Of a DNA stretch of 64,000 bases, positions 15,886 to 25,409 are shown one piece after another. This DNA comes from Candidatus Fervidifonticultor sextus. GTDB lineage: Bacteria > Sysuimicrobiota > Sysuimicrobiia > Sysuimicrobiales > Humicultoraceae. The notes beneath the pieces were generated by a model that saw only the letters and a program-made list of their open reading frames with translations, was not told where the DNA came from and did not search any database. The DNA is taken from NCBI GenBank assembly GCA_031459875.1, contig JAVKHQ010000001.1, positions 247,718 through 311,717 of the forward strand, written 5' to 3'. Position numbers and translations under genes: made by a program. The stretch's first letter is position 1. Each line of letters opens with the position of its first letter.

Positions 15886-17118
15886 TCACCGCCGCACCAG
15901 GAGCAGGGCCAGGCTGAGGGCGATCAGCAGCCCTGTCGTCGCCCTGGCGATCCCGTTGGAGGCGGTGCGGTTGGTCCACGGCCCCATCAGACGCCGGTCG
16001 TTGACCAGGCGAAGCATGATCACCAGCACCGCAGGCAGGAGGATGCCGTTGAGGGCCTGGGAGGCGACCATGATGGCCACCAGGGGCAGGCCGGGCCAGA
16101 GCACCACAAGCGCGCCCCCTCCGAGGATGGCGAAGAACAGGCCGTAGAAGACCGGCGCCTGGGCAGTGGTGCGGTCCAGGCCGGCCTCCCAGCCGAAGGC
16201 CTCGCACACCGCGTAGGCGGTCGACAGGGGAATGATTGCGACCGAGAAGACCGCCGCGTTCAGCAGGCCGATGGCGAAGAGCGCGGAGGCGTAGGCCCCG
16301 GCCAGCGGCGCCAGGGCCCGGGCGGCATCCTCGGCGCGCTCGACGTGGATCCCGTGGGGGAAGAGGGTCGCGGCCGTGGCCACGATGATCGATCCGGCGA
16401 CCAGCCCGGTGACCAGCGCGCCCAGGGCCACGTCGATGCGCTCGAACCGCAGGTCATCTGCCGTCAGCCCCTTGTCCACGATGGCGGCCTGGTGGTAGAA
16501 CTGCATCCACGGAGCGATCGTCGTCCCGACGAGCGCGATGACCATGTAGATGTAGCCCGGCTCCCACCTGAAGGCCGGCACCACGGTCGCCTGCAACACC
16601 TCTCCCCACTGCGGCCGGGCCAGGACCGCGGAGACCGCGTACAGCACGTACAGGGCCGAGGCCACGAGAAAGATGCGCTCCACCAGGCGATAGCCGCCGC
16701 GCACGACCAGGAGCCCCACCGCCACCGCCACGATGGGCACGCCGACCAGCCGGGGGACGCGGAAGATCTCCAGAGCGCCGGCCACGCCGGCGAAGTTACC
16801 GATCGTGTTCGCCAGGTTCGCCAGCAGGAGCACGGCCATGACCCACGCGGTGACGGGGACCCCGAACTGCTCGCGGATCAGGTCCGCCAGCCCCATCCCG
16901 GTGACCGCGCCCATGCGCGCGACCATCTCCTGCACGACGATCAGGGCCACGACGGCCACCGGGATCGTCCACAGGAGGACGTTCCCGAAATCCGCCCCGG
17001 CGGTGGCGTAGGTGGCGACGCCGTTGGCATCGTTGTCCACGGCCGCGGTGATGATCCCCGGACCGGCCACCGACAGGAAGACCGCCAGGCCCGCCCAGCG
17101 CTGCCGAGCCCAGCGCAC
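15886..17118 (-). CDS. Nramp-family divalent metal transporter (NrmT/Mg2+-type)
   Basis: GPGII..DNDANGVATY, QEMVARMGAVTG.GL.DLIRE.FG, GTTIAPWMQFY; about 11 TM helices. Confidence 0.88.
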   Translation of the reverse strand: MRWARQRWAGLAVFLSVAGPGIITAAVDNDANGVATYATAGADFGNVLLWTIPVAVVALIVVQEMVARMGAVTGMGLADLIREQFGVPVTAWVMAVLLLANLANTIGNFAGVAGALEIFRVPRLVGVPIVAVAVGLLVVRGGYRLVERIFLVASALYVLYAVSAVLARPQWGEVLQATVVPAFRWEPGYIYMVIALVGTTIAPWMQFYHQAAIVDKGLTADDLRFERIDVALGALVTGLVAGSIIVATAATLFPHGIHVERAEDAARALAPLAGAYASALFAIGLLNAAVFSVAIIPLSTAYAVCEAFGWEAGLDRTTAQAPVFYGLFFAILGGGALVVLWPGLPLVAIMVASQALNGILLPAVLVIMLRLVNDRRLMGPWTNRTASNGIARATTGLLIALSLALLLVRR

Positions 17119-17124
17119 GCGCCC

Positions 17125-18411
17125 CTAGCCCCTGTGCAACCGGCGGATGCGGTCGAGCCGCCGGGGCACGCGGCCGCCCAGGCGCTCGGCCAGCAGGTCC
17201 ACGACGTCATCGACGGTCACGATCCCCAACAGCCGGTCCTCGGCGTCCACCACTGGCACGGCCAGCAGGTCGTACTTCATCAGGAGCGCCGCGGCGGCTT
17301 CGTCGCTCTCGTCGGCGCGCACGGCGACGATGTCGCGGGAGGCGATGGCGGTCACCGGCGTCTTGGGATCGGCGATCAGCAGGCCGCGCAGCGAGAGCAC
17401 GCCGACCAGGCGGCCGGACGGATCCACGACGTACAGGTAGTAGATCGTCTCGGCGTCCGGGGCCAGTTCCCGGAGGCGGGCGATGGTCTGTTCCGCGGTG
17501 TAGGCGTCGGGGACGGCGATGTAGTTGGGGTTCATGCGGCCGCCGGCCGAGTCCGGCGGGTACTCCAGCAGCCGGGAGACCTCGGCCTTGGCCTCGGGCT
17601 CCATCCGGATCATGAGGTCGGTGGCGGTCTCCTCCGGGAGTTCGCCCAGCACGTCGGCCGCCACGTCGGCCTCCATCTCCTCGAGGATGTCGGAGGCCCG
17701 CTCGGCGGGTAGCGAGCGCAGGATGCTGGCCTGCACCTCGGGCTCGGCGGCTTCGAGCACCTCGGCGGCGTCCTCGTGGCTGAGCGCCGACATAACCTCC
17801 ACGCGTTCCTCGCGATCCATCTCCTCGAGGAGTTCGGCCAGGTCGGCCGGATGGATGGCCTCCAGCCGCTCCCGCGAGATGCGCAACTTGAGCGGCGTCA
17901 CCGGACCGCCCAGCGCGGCCACGTAGGTCCACGGCAGCGCCTGGTCCGCCAGCGGGCGCCCCAGACGGGCCAGCAGCCAGCGCACCGGCCTCTCGGCGCC
18001 CAGGCGACGCAGCAGTCCGCTGGCGCCGACGTCCACGCCGGTCAGCAGCAGGTCGCCGTTGGTCTGAGAAAGGAACAGGTCGTTGACCTTCACCACCCTC
18101 AGCCCGTGGGTGTCCACGACCTGCTTATCCAGCAGCGACTCCCGGAGCGTGATCTCGTCGGGCTGGAGCGGACGGGGCCGCAGCCCTGTCCGGTCGGTGT
18201 TCAGGCGGATCTCGGGCTCGAGATCGGCGACCGCCCCCCAGGGGATGAGCGCCACGCGCGGGCGATCAACATCGAGGAGGAGCCCGACGATCCGCGGGCG
18301 GGCAGGATGGACCTCGGCGACCAGGTCGGCCAAGCGGCCCAACAGGAAGCCGCTGGCGTCCCGCACGCGCCTGCCCAGAAGCCGGCTGAAAGGCAGCGAG
18401 GTGACATCCAC
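17125..18411 (-). CDS. MgtE N-terminal/CBS domain protein with PRC-barrel-like N-terminus, no TM domain
   Basis: LLDKQVVD..G.RVVKVND, HPADLAELLE, Y..DSAGG.M, ETIYYLYVVD, GIVTVDDV. Confidence 0.88.
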   Translation of the reverse strand: MDVTSLPFSRLLGRRVRDASGFLLGRLADLVAEVHPARPRIVGLLLDVDRPRVALIPWGAVADLEPEIRLNTDRTGLRPRPLQPDEITLRESLLDKQVVDTHGLRVVKVNDLFLSQTNGDLLLTGVDVGASGLLRRLGAERPVRWLLARLGRPLADQALPWTYVAALGGPVTPLKLRISRERLEAIHPADLAELLEEMDREERVEVMSALSHEDAAEVLEAAEPEVQASILRSLPAERASDILEEMEADVAADVLGELPEETATDLMIRMEPEAKAEVSRLLEYPPDSAGGRMNPNYIAVPDAYTAEQTIARLRELAPDAETIYYLYVVDPSGRLVGVLSLRGLLIADPKTPVTAIASRDIVAVRADESDEAAAALLMKYDLLAVPVVDAEDRLLGIVTVDDVVDLLAERLGGRVPRRLDRIRRLHRG

Positions 18412-18463
18412 AGTCCCGCGTTCCCCCGCGCATGTGGAAGGAATCGCCTGACAGTCCCGGACT

Positions 18464-18493
18464 ACTATAAGGTTCGCCCGAGACGGGCGTCAA
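18464..18493 (-). promoter_or_regulatory. sigma70 promoter of MgtE-N/Nramp/recO unit
   Basis: TTGACG-18 bp-TATAGT. Confidence 0.6.
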
Positions 18494-18530
18494 GAAACGG
18501 CGGCGAACAGGCCGGGGAACCGGGACGGAC

Positions 18531-18959
18531 CTACCGGCGCCGCAGGGCCCCTCCGGCGAAGGGACGGGCCAGCAGTTCCGACAGCGCAAAGACCTGGGGC
18601 GGCCGACCGGGTCGGTCGATGAGCACGGTCCGGACCCCGAACTCGGCCATGACCTGCCGGCAGGCGCCGCACGGCATCGAGGCCCGGGCCCCGGTCGCCA
18701 CCGCGACGGCGCGCAGCCGTCGGTGGCCCTCGGCCACGGCGCGGTGGATGGCGGCCCGCTCGGCGCAGATGGACAGGCCGAAGGAGGCGTTCTCAACGTT
18801 GCAGCCGGTGACGACGGCGCCCGACGCGGTCAGCACCGCGGCCCCGACCCGGAAGCGCGAGTACGGAGCGTAGGCCCGACCGCGCGCGGCCCGCGCGGCG
18901 CGGACGAGCGCCGCGGTTGCCGCCGGCGTCGGGGGGGCCGCAGAGCGCCGGGGGCTCAC
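18531..18959 (-). CDS. cdd: Cytidine deaminase
   Basis: AYAPYSRFRVGAA, GCNVENASFGLSICAER, PCGACRQ; GTGA overlap with upstream stop. Confidence 0.95.
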   Translation of the reverse strand: MSPRRSAAPPTPAATAALVRAARAARGRAYAPYSRFRVGAAVLTASGAVVTGCNVENASFGLSICAERAAIHRAVAEGHRRLRAVAVATGARASMPCGACRQVMAEFGVRTVLIDRPGRPPQVFALSELLARPFAGGALRRR

Positions 18960-19582
18960 TCGAACCGGTCCGGCCCCCCGATGGCGGCCCCGGTCGGCCG
19001 GTAGGGGGGCGACACGATCCCGGCGGAGACGACGAGTTTGAGGGCGTCCTCGACAGTCATCTCCAGCGGGGTGACCTGGCTCTCCGGGACCAGGCAGAGG
19101 AACCCGGTGGTCGGGTTGGGGGTGGTCACGACGAAGACATTGATCACCCGCTCGGCGGTCTTGGCCTGGGCCTCCCCGCGCGTCTCCCCGGTGACGAACC
19201 CCACCGTGTAGAGCCCCGGCCGCGGCCACTCCAGCAGCACCGCCTGCTTGAAGGCCGCCCGGTTCTGCTGGAGGAGCGAGTCGGACAGTTGCTTGGTGGC
19301 CGAATAGATTGTGCGGGCAAACGGGACGCGCAGCATCACCCGGTCAAACGCCTGGACGATCCGCCGGCCCAGCACGTTGCTGGCAAAGGCCCCGGCCAGC
19401 AGGATGAGCGCAATGCCCGAGAGCAGGCCCAATCCCGGCACCTGGATACCGAAGACCCGAAACACCGGGCTGAGGAAGTTGTCCAGGAGCCGGAAGAGGA
19501 AGACGAGGACGTAGGCGGTGACGACGACCGGCAGGGTGACCAGGAGGCCCGTGAACAGCCAGGTGCGGAGCCGATGGCGCAT
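18956..19582 (-). CDS. DUF502 family membrane protein
   Basis: FTGLLVTLPVVVT, RVP..RTIYSATKQL, VFV.TTPNPTTGFL, MTVEDALKLVVSAG. Confidence 0.88.
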   Translation of the reverse strand: MRHRLRTWLFTGLLVTLPVVVTAYVLVFLFRLLDNFLSPVFRVFGIQVPGLGLLSGIALILLAGAFASNVLGRRIVQAFDRVMLRVPFARTIYSATKQLSDSLLQQNRAAFKQAVLLEWPRPGLYTVGFVTGETRGEAQAKTAERVINVFVVTTPNPTTGFLCLVPESQVTPLEMTVEDALKLVVSAGIVSPPYRPTGAAIGGPDRFE

Positions 19583-20862
19583 CAGTCGTCGAGCGCAGGC
19601 GTCGGTACCGCCTTGGTGATCTTCACCTGCACGATCCGGTGCCCGTCCACCCGTTCCACCGAGAGTTCCACGCCGTCGTAGGTCACCCGCTCGCCCTGGG
19701 CCGGCACGTGGCCGAGCAGGCTGATGACGAACCCGCCCACCGAGTCCACCTCGCCCGCGGGCAGGGCGATCCCCAGCGCTGCGTTGACGTCTTCCAGGTG
19801 GACGGCGCCCTGAACGACGGCCACGCGGTCGCTGAGGACCTTGATGGGCGCCTCTTCGGCATCGTACTCGTCCTGGATCGGCCCGACGATCTCCTCGAGG
19901 AGGTCCTCGATGGTCACCAGTCCGGCGACCCCGCCGTACTCGTCCACCGCGATGGCCATGTGGACTTTCTTCCGGCGCATCTCGCGAAACAGCTCGTCGA
20001 GGCGCTTGGTCTCGGGCACGAAGTAGGCCGGCCGCACGAAGTCCCGCGCCCGGCCGGACAGCCGGCCCCCGTCCGAACTCGACAGCAGGTCCTTCACGTG
20101 GACCAATCCGATGATGCGGTCGATGGTCTCCTCGTAGACCGGGATGCGCGAGTGGCCGTGGGTGCGGACGACCTCCAGGAGTTGCTCCACTGGGTCGTCG
20201 GCTTCGACGCCCACGATGTCCACCCGGGGCACCATGACCTCCCGCACCACCGTGTCCCCAAACTCAAAGATCGAGTGGATCATCTCGCGCTCGTCCTGCT
20301 CCAGGACCCCCTGCTCCTCGCCCATGCGCACCAGGTACTGAATCTCGTCCTCGGTGACCAGCGGCGCATCGGGCCGCACGTGGCCGCCCAACGGCCGCAG
20401 GAGGACGTTGGTGACCAGCGAGAGCAGCCGGCTGACTGGCGACAGCACGACACCGACCCACTGGATCGGCCGCGCGGCCAGCAGGGCGAACCGATCGGCG
20501 CGGTGGGCGGCCACCGTCTTGGGGGTCACCTCGCCGAACAACAGCAGGACGATGGTGATGGCCACGAAAGCGTAGAGGGAACCTCGCTCCGGTCCCAGCA
20601 AGCGCACCAGCGTCGCCGTGGCGACGACGGCGGCGGCCGTGTTCACCATGTTGTTGCCGATGAGGATCGTGGACAGGAGCCGGGCTGGATTCTCCAACAG
20701 GGCCACGGCCACCCGGGCGCGTGGGTTCCCCTCGTCCTTCAGCTGCCGCAGGCGCAGCCGGTTCGCCCCGAACAGGGCCGTCTCGGACCCGGAGAAGAAC
20801 GCCGAGAGCAGCAGCAGGACCCCCAGCACCGCCAGTTCGAGCGCATAACTTGACGCGTCCAA
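19582..20862 (-). CDS. CNNM/hemolysin (DUF21-CBS-CorC) transporter-associated protein
   Basis: LSAFFSGSETAL, LSTILIGNN, FGEVTPK, VREVMVPR, HSRIPVY, VDEYGGVAGLVTIEDLLEEIVG.I.DE.D. Confidence 0.93.
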   Translation of the reverse strand: MDASSYALELAVLGVLLLLSAFFSGSETALFGANRLRLRQLKDEGNPRARVAVALLENPARLLSTILIGNNMVNTAAAVVATATLVRLLGPERGSLYAFVAITIVLLLFGEVTPKTVAAHRADRFALLAARPIQWVGVVLSPVSRLLSLVTNVLLRPLGGHVRPDAPLVTEDEIQYLVRMGEEQGVLEQDEREMIHSIFEFGDTVVREVMVPRVDIVGVEADDPVEQLLEVVRTHGHSRIPVYEETIDRIIGLVHVKDLLSSSDGGRLSGRARDFVRPAYFVPETKRLDELFREMRRKKVHMAIAVDEYGGVAGLVTIEDLLEEIVGPIQDEYDAEEAPIKVLSDRVAVVQGAVHLEDVNAALGIALPAGEVDSVGGFVISLLGHVPAQGERVTYDGVELSVERVDGHRIVQVKITKAVPTPALDD

Positions 20863-20912
20863 GGAAAGTATGGCCTGCCTTTCGGGCCAAGGCGCCCTGC
20901 GGAATCGCTTGA

Positions 20913-20921
20913 ATTATATCA
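20913..20921 (-). promoter_or_regulatory. Extended -10 promoter of CNNM-DUF502-cdd
   Basis: TG-A-TATAAT in an AT-rich intergenic patch. Confidence 0.65.
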
Positions 20922-20934
20922 CAAGATGCCCGGC

Positions 20935-21402
20935 CTATCGGGCGCCGGGCAGGCGCCGCCACAGCGGGCGGGGCGCGGCGGCGATGGTGATGGCGGTGCC
21001 GTCGCGAAACTCGGCGACCAAGTCGACCTCCCGGGGGCCGACCTGCACCCGGTGCCCCGCCAGGGCCGAGACGCGCACCGGCAGCGCGCCGATCCGGCGG
21101 GGGCCTCTTTGGACGAACTGATTGCCCTCCCGCACGTACCCCTCGGTGGGAAGGCCGGCGCCCTGCGAGGCGAACCGCATCTCCACGAACCACAGGCCGT
21201 CGGGTTCGATGCGGAAGACCTCCACGACCGGCGTCCGCTCCACCGAGTGCTGGTAGTGGAGGGCGATGGTGTCTCCGCGCCGCACATCGAGGCGCAGGAC
21301 GCGGCGGTCCCCCTCGGGGGTCAGGCGCACCTCGAGGTCGGAGGGATCCCCAAACAACGTCGCTGCGGCGAGGACCGCCGCAGCGACGACGACCGCAGGC
21401 AC
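20935..21402 (-). CDS. DUF1850 family protein (TAXI-TRAP associated)
   Basis: LHYQHSVERTPVVEVF, FASQGAGLP; follows the TAXI binding protein; start approximate. Confidence 0.8.
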   Translation of the reverse strand: MPAVVVAAAVLAAATLFGDPSDLEVRLTPEGDRRVLRLDVRRGDTIALHYQHSVERTPVVEVFRIEPDGLWFVEMRFASQGAGLPTEGYVREGNQFVQRGPRRIGALPVRVSALAGHRVQVGPREVDLVAEFRDGTAITIAAAPRPLWRRLPGAR

Positions 21403-21419
21403 CCACGCCCGGCGCGTGG

Positions 21420-22391
21420 CTATTTCCGCACACCCCTCTCGCGGTAGTAGCGGTCGGCGCCCGGGTGGACCGGAATCGGCATGCCGTCCAGGGCCTTGGC
21501 CAGGTCCAGGTCCCGGCCGCGGGCGTGGGCGGCCCGCACGCGGTCCAGGTTCTCCCACAGCGCCTTCGTCAGGTTGTAGACGAGGTCCTCGGGCAGATCG
21601 GCGCGCGCCACGAGCATGGCCATCACGGCCACCGTCGCCACCGGCTCCGTCTGCCCGCGGTAGGAGTTGGCGGGGATGACGTGGCGCGTGTAGAACGGCC
21701 ACCGGGCCCGCAGCGCCACCAGGGCCTCGTTGCTCACGGGGACGATCACCACGTCGCGGGACGCGGCGATGTCGGTCACCGCGGCCGTCGGCACGCCCGC
21801 GGTGAGGAAGACGGCGTCCACGATGCCGTCGCGGAGTTGATCGATGCCCGCCGCAAACGACAGGAAGTCGACCCGCAACTCGCGGTAGTAGATGTCGTGG
21901 ACCTGGAGGATCTGGCGGGCGTTGGCCTCGGTCCCGCTTCCCGGCGCGCCGACGACGACCCGCTTGCCGCGCAGGTCTTCCACGCTCCTGATGCCCTTAC
22001 CGCGCAGCGTCACGATCTGAATCGTCTCGGGGTAGAGCATGGCGATGCCGCTGATCCCGGCGATGGGCCGCGGGCGGTTGCTGCCGGGTTCGGCAAACAC
22101 CTCTGTCCCGTGCTGGGCATAGTAGGCGATGTCGTTCTGCACCAGTGCCAGGTGGGCATCGCCCCTGGCCAGCGCCTGGATGTTGACCACCGAAGCCCCG
22201 CTGCTCTGCGAGGCCACGCGCACGTTCGGGACGCGGGCGTTCCAGATCTCCGCCATCGCGCCGCCCAGCGGGAAGTAGACCCCGGCAGTCCCTCCGGTGA
22301 CCAGGGACAACAACCGGACCTGCGCGCCGGCGGGCGCCGCCACACCTGCCACCAGCAGGGCGGCGGCCGCGAGCACGAGCCATCGTGCCAT
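21420..22391 (-). CDS. TAXI family TRAP transporter solute-binding protein
   Basis: Signal peptide, TGGTAGVYFPLG, SSGASVVN, LYPETIQIV, GAPGSGTE, P.HPGA..YY.E. Confidence 0.93.
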   Translation of the reverse strand: MARWLVLAAAALLVAGVAAPAGAQVRLLSLVTGGTAGVYFPLGGAMAEIWNARVPNVRVASQSSGASVVNIQALARGDAHLALVQNDIAYYAQHGTEVFAEPGSNRPRPIAGISGIAMLYPETIQIVTLRGKGIRSVEDLRGKRVVVGAPGSGTEANARQILQVHDIYYRELRVDFLSFAAGIDQLRDGIVDAVFLTAGVPTAAVTDIAASRDVVIVPVSNEALVALRARWPFYTRHVIPANSYRGQTEPVATVAVMAMLVARADLPEDLVYNLTKALWENLDRVRAAHARGRDLDLAKALDGMPIPVHPGADRYYRERGVRK

Positions 22392-22461
22392 CACACATAT
22401 CCCTCCCTTCACGTCCACCGACCTGCGCCGGATCCGGCCCGGCGCCGGGTGCATCTTCTGG

Positions 22462-24492
22462 TCAGTCCCTGGCGACTCCTGCCGGCAGGTGCCCGGCCGA
22501 TGGCGCCCCGCGGCGCCGGAGCACCTGTATCGCCGAGACGACGACCAGCATGGCGAAGCCGGCAACGTCCGCCCGGAGGTCGTGGAAGATCAACGCCAGG
22601 GCGGTGGCGGCCAGCAGCCCGCGTTCAGGCCAGGTGGCCGGCCCCCAGAAGTAGCCGGAGACCCCAGCCGACAGAGCGACCACCCCCACCACGGCGGTGG
22701 CGGTGGTGATGACGATCTCCGAGAGGGTGGCGCCCTGCAGCAGGATCGTCGGCGAGTAGACGAAGACGAAGGGCACGATGATGCCGGCCAGGGCCAGGCG
22801 GGTCGCCGTGAGCCCGGTCTTGAAGGGGTCGGTCTTGGCGATCCCGGCCGCCGCGTAGGCGGCTAGCGCATCGGGCGGCGTGATGTCGGCGATGACGCCG
22901 AAATAGAAGATGAACATGTGGGCCGCCAGCGGCGGTACGCCCATCTGGACCAGCGCGGGGGCGGCAATGGCGGCCAGGATGATGTAGGTCGCGGTCGTCG
23001 GGATACCGGAGCCGACGATCGTGCAGGCGATCATGATCCAGATCATCGTGAGGAACAGGATGCCCCCGCCCAGGCTGATGGTGAGGCTCACGAACGCCAG
23101 CCCCAGGCCGGTCAGGGTGATGATCCCGATGAAGATCCCGACCACCGCCGTCGCGACCGCCACCGGAAGCGCCAGCCGGGCGCCGTAGACCAGGATGTCC
23201 CAGAGGTCCCGCGGCCAGGCGAGAGGGCGGCGCTCCAGGACGCAGGTGATCAGGTGGACGCCGGTCGAGACCATGATCCCCCAGAACGCTGCCCGCATGG
23301 GGCTGGCGCCGTGCAGCAGGAACCCCACCAGGACCACCAGGGGAACGACGAGGTAGAAGCGCCGGACGACGATGTCGCGAAGCCGCGGCAACTGGTCGCG
23401 CGGCAGGCCGGCCAGCCCCAGGCGCTTGGCCTCAAAGTGGATGATGAAGGCCAGCGACAGGTAGTATAACGCCGCCGGGATGGCGGCGGCCTTGACGATG
23501 GTCAGGTACGGGACCCCCAGGAACTCGGCCATGACGAAGGCCGCCGCCCCCATGACCGGCGGGACGATCTGGCCGCCGACCGATGTGGCGGCTTCGACCC
23601 CGGCGGCGAATCGGGGGTCGTAGCCCAGTTTCTTCATCAGCGGGATGTTGAACACGCCGTCGGCGACCACGTTGGCCACGGAGCTGCCCGAGACAGTGCC
23701 GATGAACGCGCTGGAGAGCACCGACACCTTGGCCGGCCCGCCGGTCATCCACCCCGCCACGGCCATGGCGATGTCCACGAAAAGCTGTCCCAATCCGGTG
23801 CGCTCCAGGAACGCGCCCAGCAGCACGAAGAGAAAGACGAACGTGGCCGAGACGCCGATGGGGATGCCGAAGATCCCCTCGGTGGTGAAGAAGATCTGCT
23901 CGATGACGCGTGGCGCGGAGATGGGCGCGATGGCCAGCGCACCGGGCAGGTACTGCCCCACGAACGGGTAGAGGAGCGCCAGGGCGGCGATCACCGGGAC
24001 GATGGCCATCAGGCGCCGCCCGGCCTCCAGGACCACCAGGATGCCGACGACGCCGATGATGAGGTCGGTGCGCGTCAGGTTGCCGGCCCGGACCGCCAGG
24101 TCGGCGTGGTTGACCAGCACGTAGAGCATCGGGACCACGGCGGCGACCACCATCGCGATGTCGGCGATCCCGATGCGGGACGCCGCCGCGCCCCTGCGGC
24201 GGAACGGATACAGCAGGAAGACCAGGGCGAGGGCGAACGCCACATGCACGGCCCGCTGGCGCAGCGCCTCCAGGGTGCCAAAGCGCGCCGTGTAGAGGTG
24301 GAACAGCGCCATCGCCACGGCAATGGTCGCCACCACCCCGGCCCAGAAGCCGGTCAGCCGGCGGTAATTGTACTCCGGCTCCGCTTCGCGCAGGAGCGAC
24401 TCGATCTCGGTGGAGGACGGGAGCCCTTCCTCGAAGGCTGGGGGCCGGGGCCCGGACGGCTCCTGGGCTCCGCCCGCCACGGGGGCGCTCAC
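22462..24492 (-). CDS. TRAP transporter fused 4TM/12TM permease (TAXI type)
   Basis: GIFGIPIGVSATFVFLF, GGPAKVSV, GSSVANV, EAATSVGGQIVPPVMGAAAF, ADITPP; GTGA overlap with dgkA stop. Confidence 0.93.
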   Translation of the reverse strand: MSAPVAGGAQEPSGPRPPAFEEGLPSSTEIESLLREAEPEYNYRRLTGFWAGVVATIAVAMALFHLYTARFGTLEALRQRAVHVAFALALVFLLYPFRRRGAAASRIGIADIAMVVAAVVPMLYVLVNHADLAVRAGNLTRTDLIIGVVGILVVLEAGRRLMAIVPVIAALALLYPFVGQYLPGALAIAPISAPRVIEQIFFTTEGIFGIPIGVSATFVFLFVLLGAFLERTGLGQLFVDIAMAVAGWMTGGPAKVSVLSSAFIGTVSGSSVANVVADGVFNIPLMKKLGYDPRFAAGVEAATSVGGQIVPPVMGAAAFVMAEFLGVPYLTIVKAAAIPAALYYLSLAFIIHFEAKRLGLAGLPRDQLPRLRDIVVRRFYLVVPLVVLVGFLLHGASPMRAAFWGIMVSTGVHLITCVLERRPLAWPRDLWDILVYGARLALPVAVATAVVGIFIGIITLTGLGLAFVSLTISLGGGILFLTMIWIMIACTIVGSGIPTTATYIILAAIAAPALVQMGVPPLAAHMFIFYFGVIADITPPDALAAYAAAGIAKTDPFKTGLTATRLALAGIIVPFVFVYSPTILLQGATLSEIVITTATAVVGVVALSAGVSGYFWGPATWPERGLLAATALALIFHDLRADVAGFAMLVVVSAIQVLRRRGAPSAGHLPAGVARD

Positions 24493-24977
24493 GGCGACCC
24501 GGGGCCCGGTCGGTCTCCGGCCCGCCGCATCGTCACCACGGCCAGCGCCAGGATGGCGGCCAGGACGCCGGCCCGGCCGGCGGCGAGGGCGTCGAGGCGG
24601 CCAAACCCGAACGCGACCATGACCGGGGGCGCCAGCACCAGGAGCCCCACGATCGCCGCGCCCGCCGCCATGACGAGCACCGCGGCGGCGCTCAGATCCT
24701 TGGCCCGGCCGGCCAGCGCATGATGATTGTCGCCGACCTCCAGGTCGACGACGGCCTCGACGGCCGTGTTGAAGAGTTCGGCAGCCAGCACGCCGGCTGT
24801 GGCCACCACCAGCAGCGCGGTTTCGCCCACCGGGAGGTCCAGCCAGACCACGGCCAGGATCACGGCGGCCGCCAGCAGGATGTGGATCCGCATGGTGCGC
24901 TGCGACCAGAAGGCCGCCTGGAGGCCCCGGCCTGCGTACTGGAAGCTCTGCCACAGCGTGTGGCGCATCGCCCTCAC
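24489..24977 (-). CDS. dgkA: Diacylglycerol/undecaprenol kinase family protein
   Basis: SFQYAGRGL, MRIH, AELFNTAVEAVVDL, AKDLSAAAVL. Confidence 0.92.
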   Translation of the reverse strand: MRAMRHTLWQSFQYAGRGLQAAFWSQRTMRIHILLAAAVILAVVWLDLPVGETALLVVATAGVLAAELFNTAVEAVVDLEVGDNHHALAGRAKDLSAAAVLVMAAGAAIVGLLVLAPPVMVAFGFGRLDALAAGRAGVLAAILALAVVTMRRAGDRPGPGSP

Positions 24978-25405
24978 CTTCTCGTCCGGAAGATCTGCGC
25001 GAGGATGCGACGTTCGGCCGCTCGCATCCGGGCGGCCTGCGCGGGCGTATGGTCGTCGTAGCCGCCCAGGTGCAGCACGCCGTGGACCAGCAGTAACGTC
25101 ACCTCGCGCCGCACGGCCCAGCCGGCCTCGCGCGCCTGCACCCGCGCCCGCCCCACCGAGATCACCACCTCGCCCAGGATCCGGTCTGCCCCCCCGTCCC
25201 CGGGAAAGGTCATGACATCGGTGGACCCGCGCGCACCCAGGAAGCGCCGGTGGAGCCGTGCCATGGTCGCGTCGTCGACGAGCGCGACCTCCAGTTCGGC
25301 ATCCGCCGGCGCGCCGATGGCGCGCAGGGCGGCCCGGCCCGCGGCCTCCAGCAGCCGCCGGGGGACGGGGGCCCGCAGCCCGCGGGTGGCGACGTGCACC
25401 CGCAC
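24974..25405 (-). CDS. ybeY: rRNA maturation endoribonuclease YbeY
   Basis: TDVMTF, LGEVVIS, HGVLHLGGYDD. Confidence 0.94.
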   Translation of the reverse strand: MRVHVATRGLRAPVPRRLLEAAGRAALRAIGAPADAELEVALVDDATMARLHRRFLGARGSTDVMTFPGDGGADRILGEVVISVGRARVQAREAGWAVRREVTLLLVHGVLHLGGYDDHTPAQAARMRAAERRILAQIFRTRR

Positions 25406-25409
25406 GGCC

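Noticed and set aside
18475..18487. GCCCG-NNN-CGGGC dyad in the MgtE-N promoter spacer, same core as the island box
   Set aside because: Only ten all-G/C positions match; chance hits are expected at this GC content and the flanks differ.
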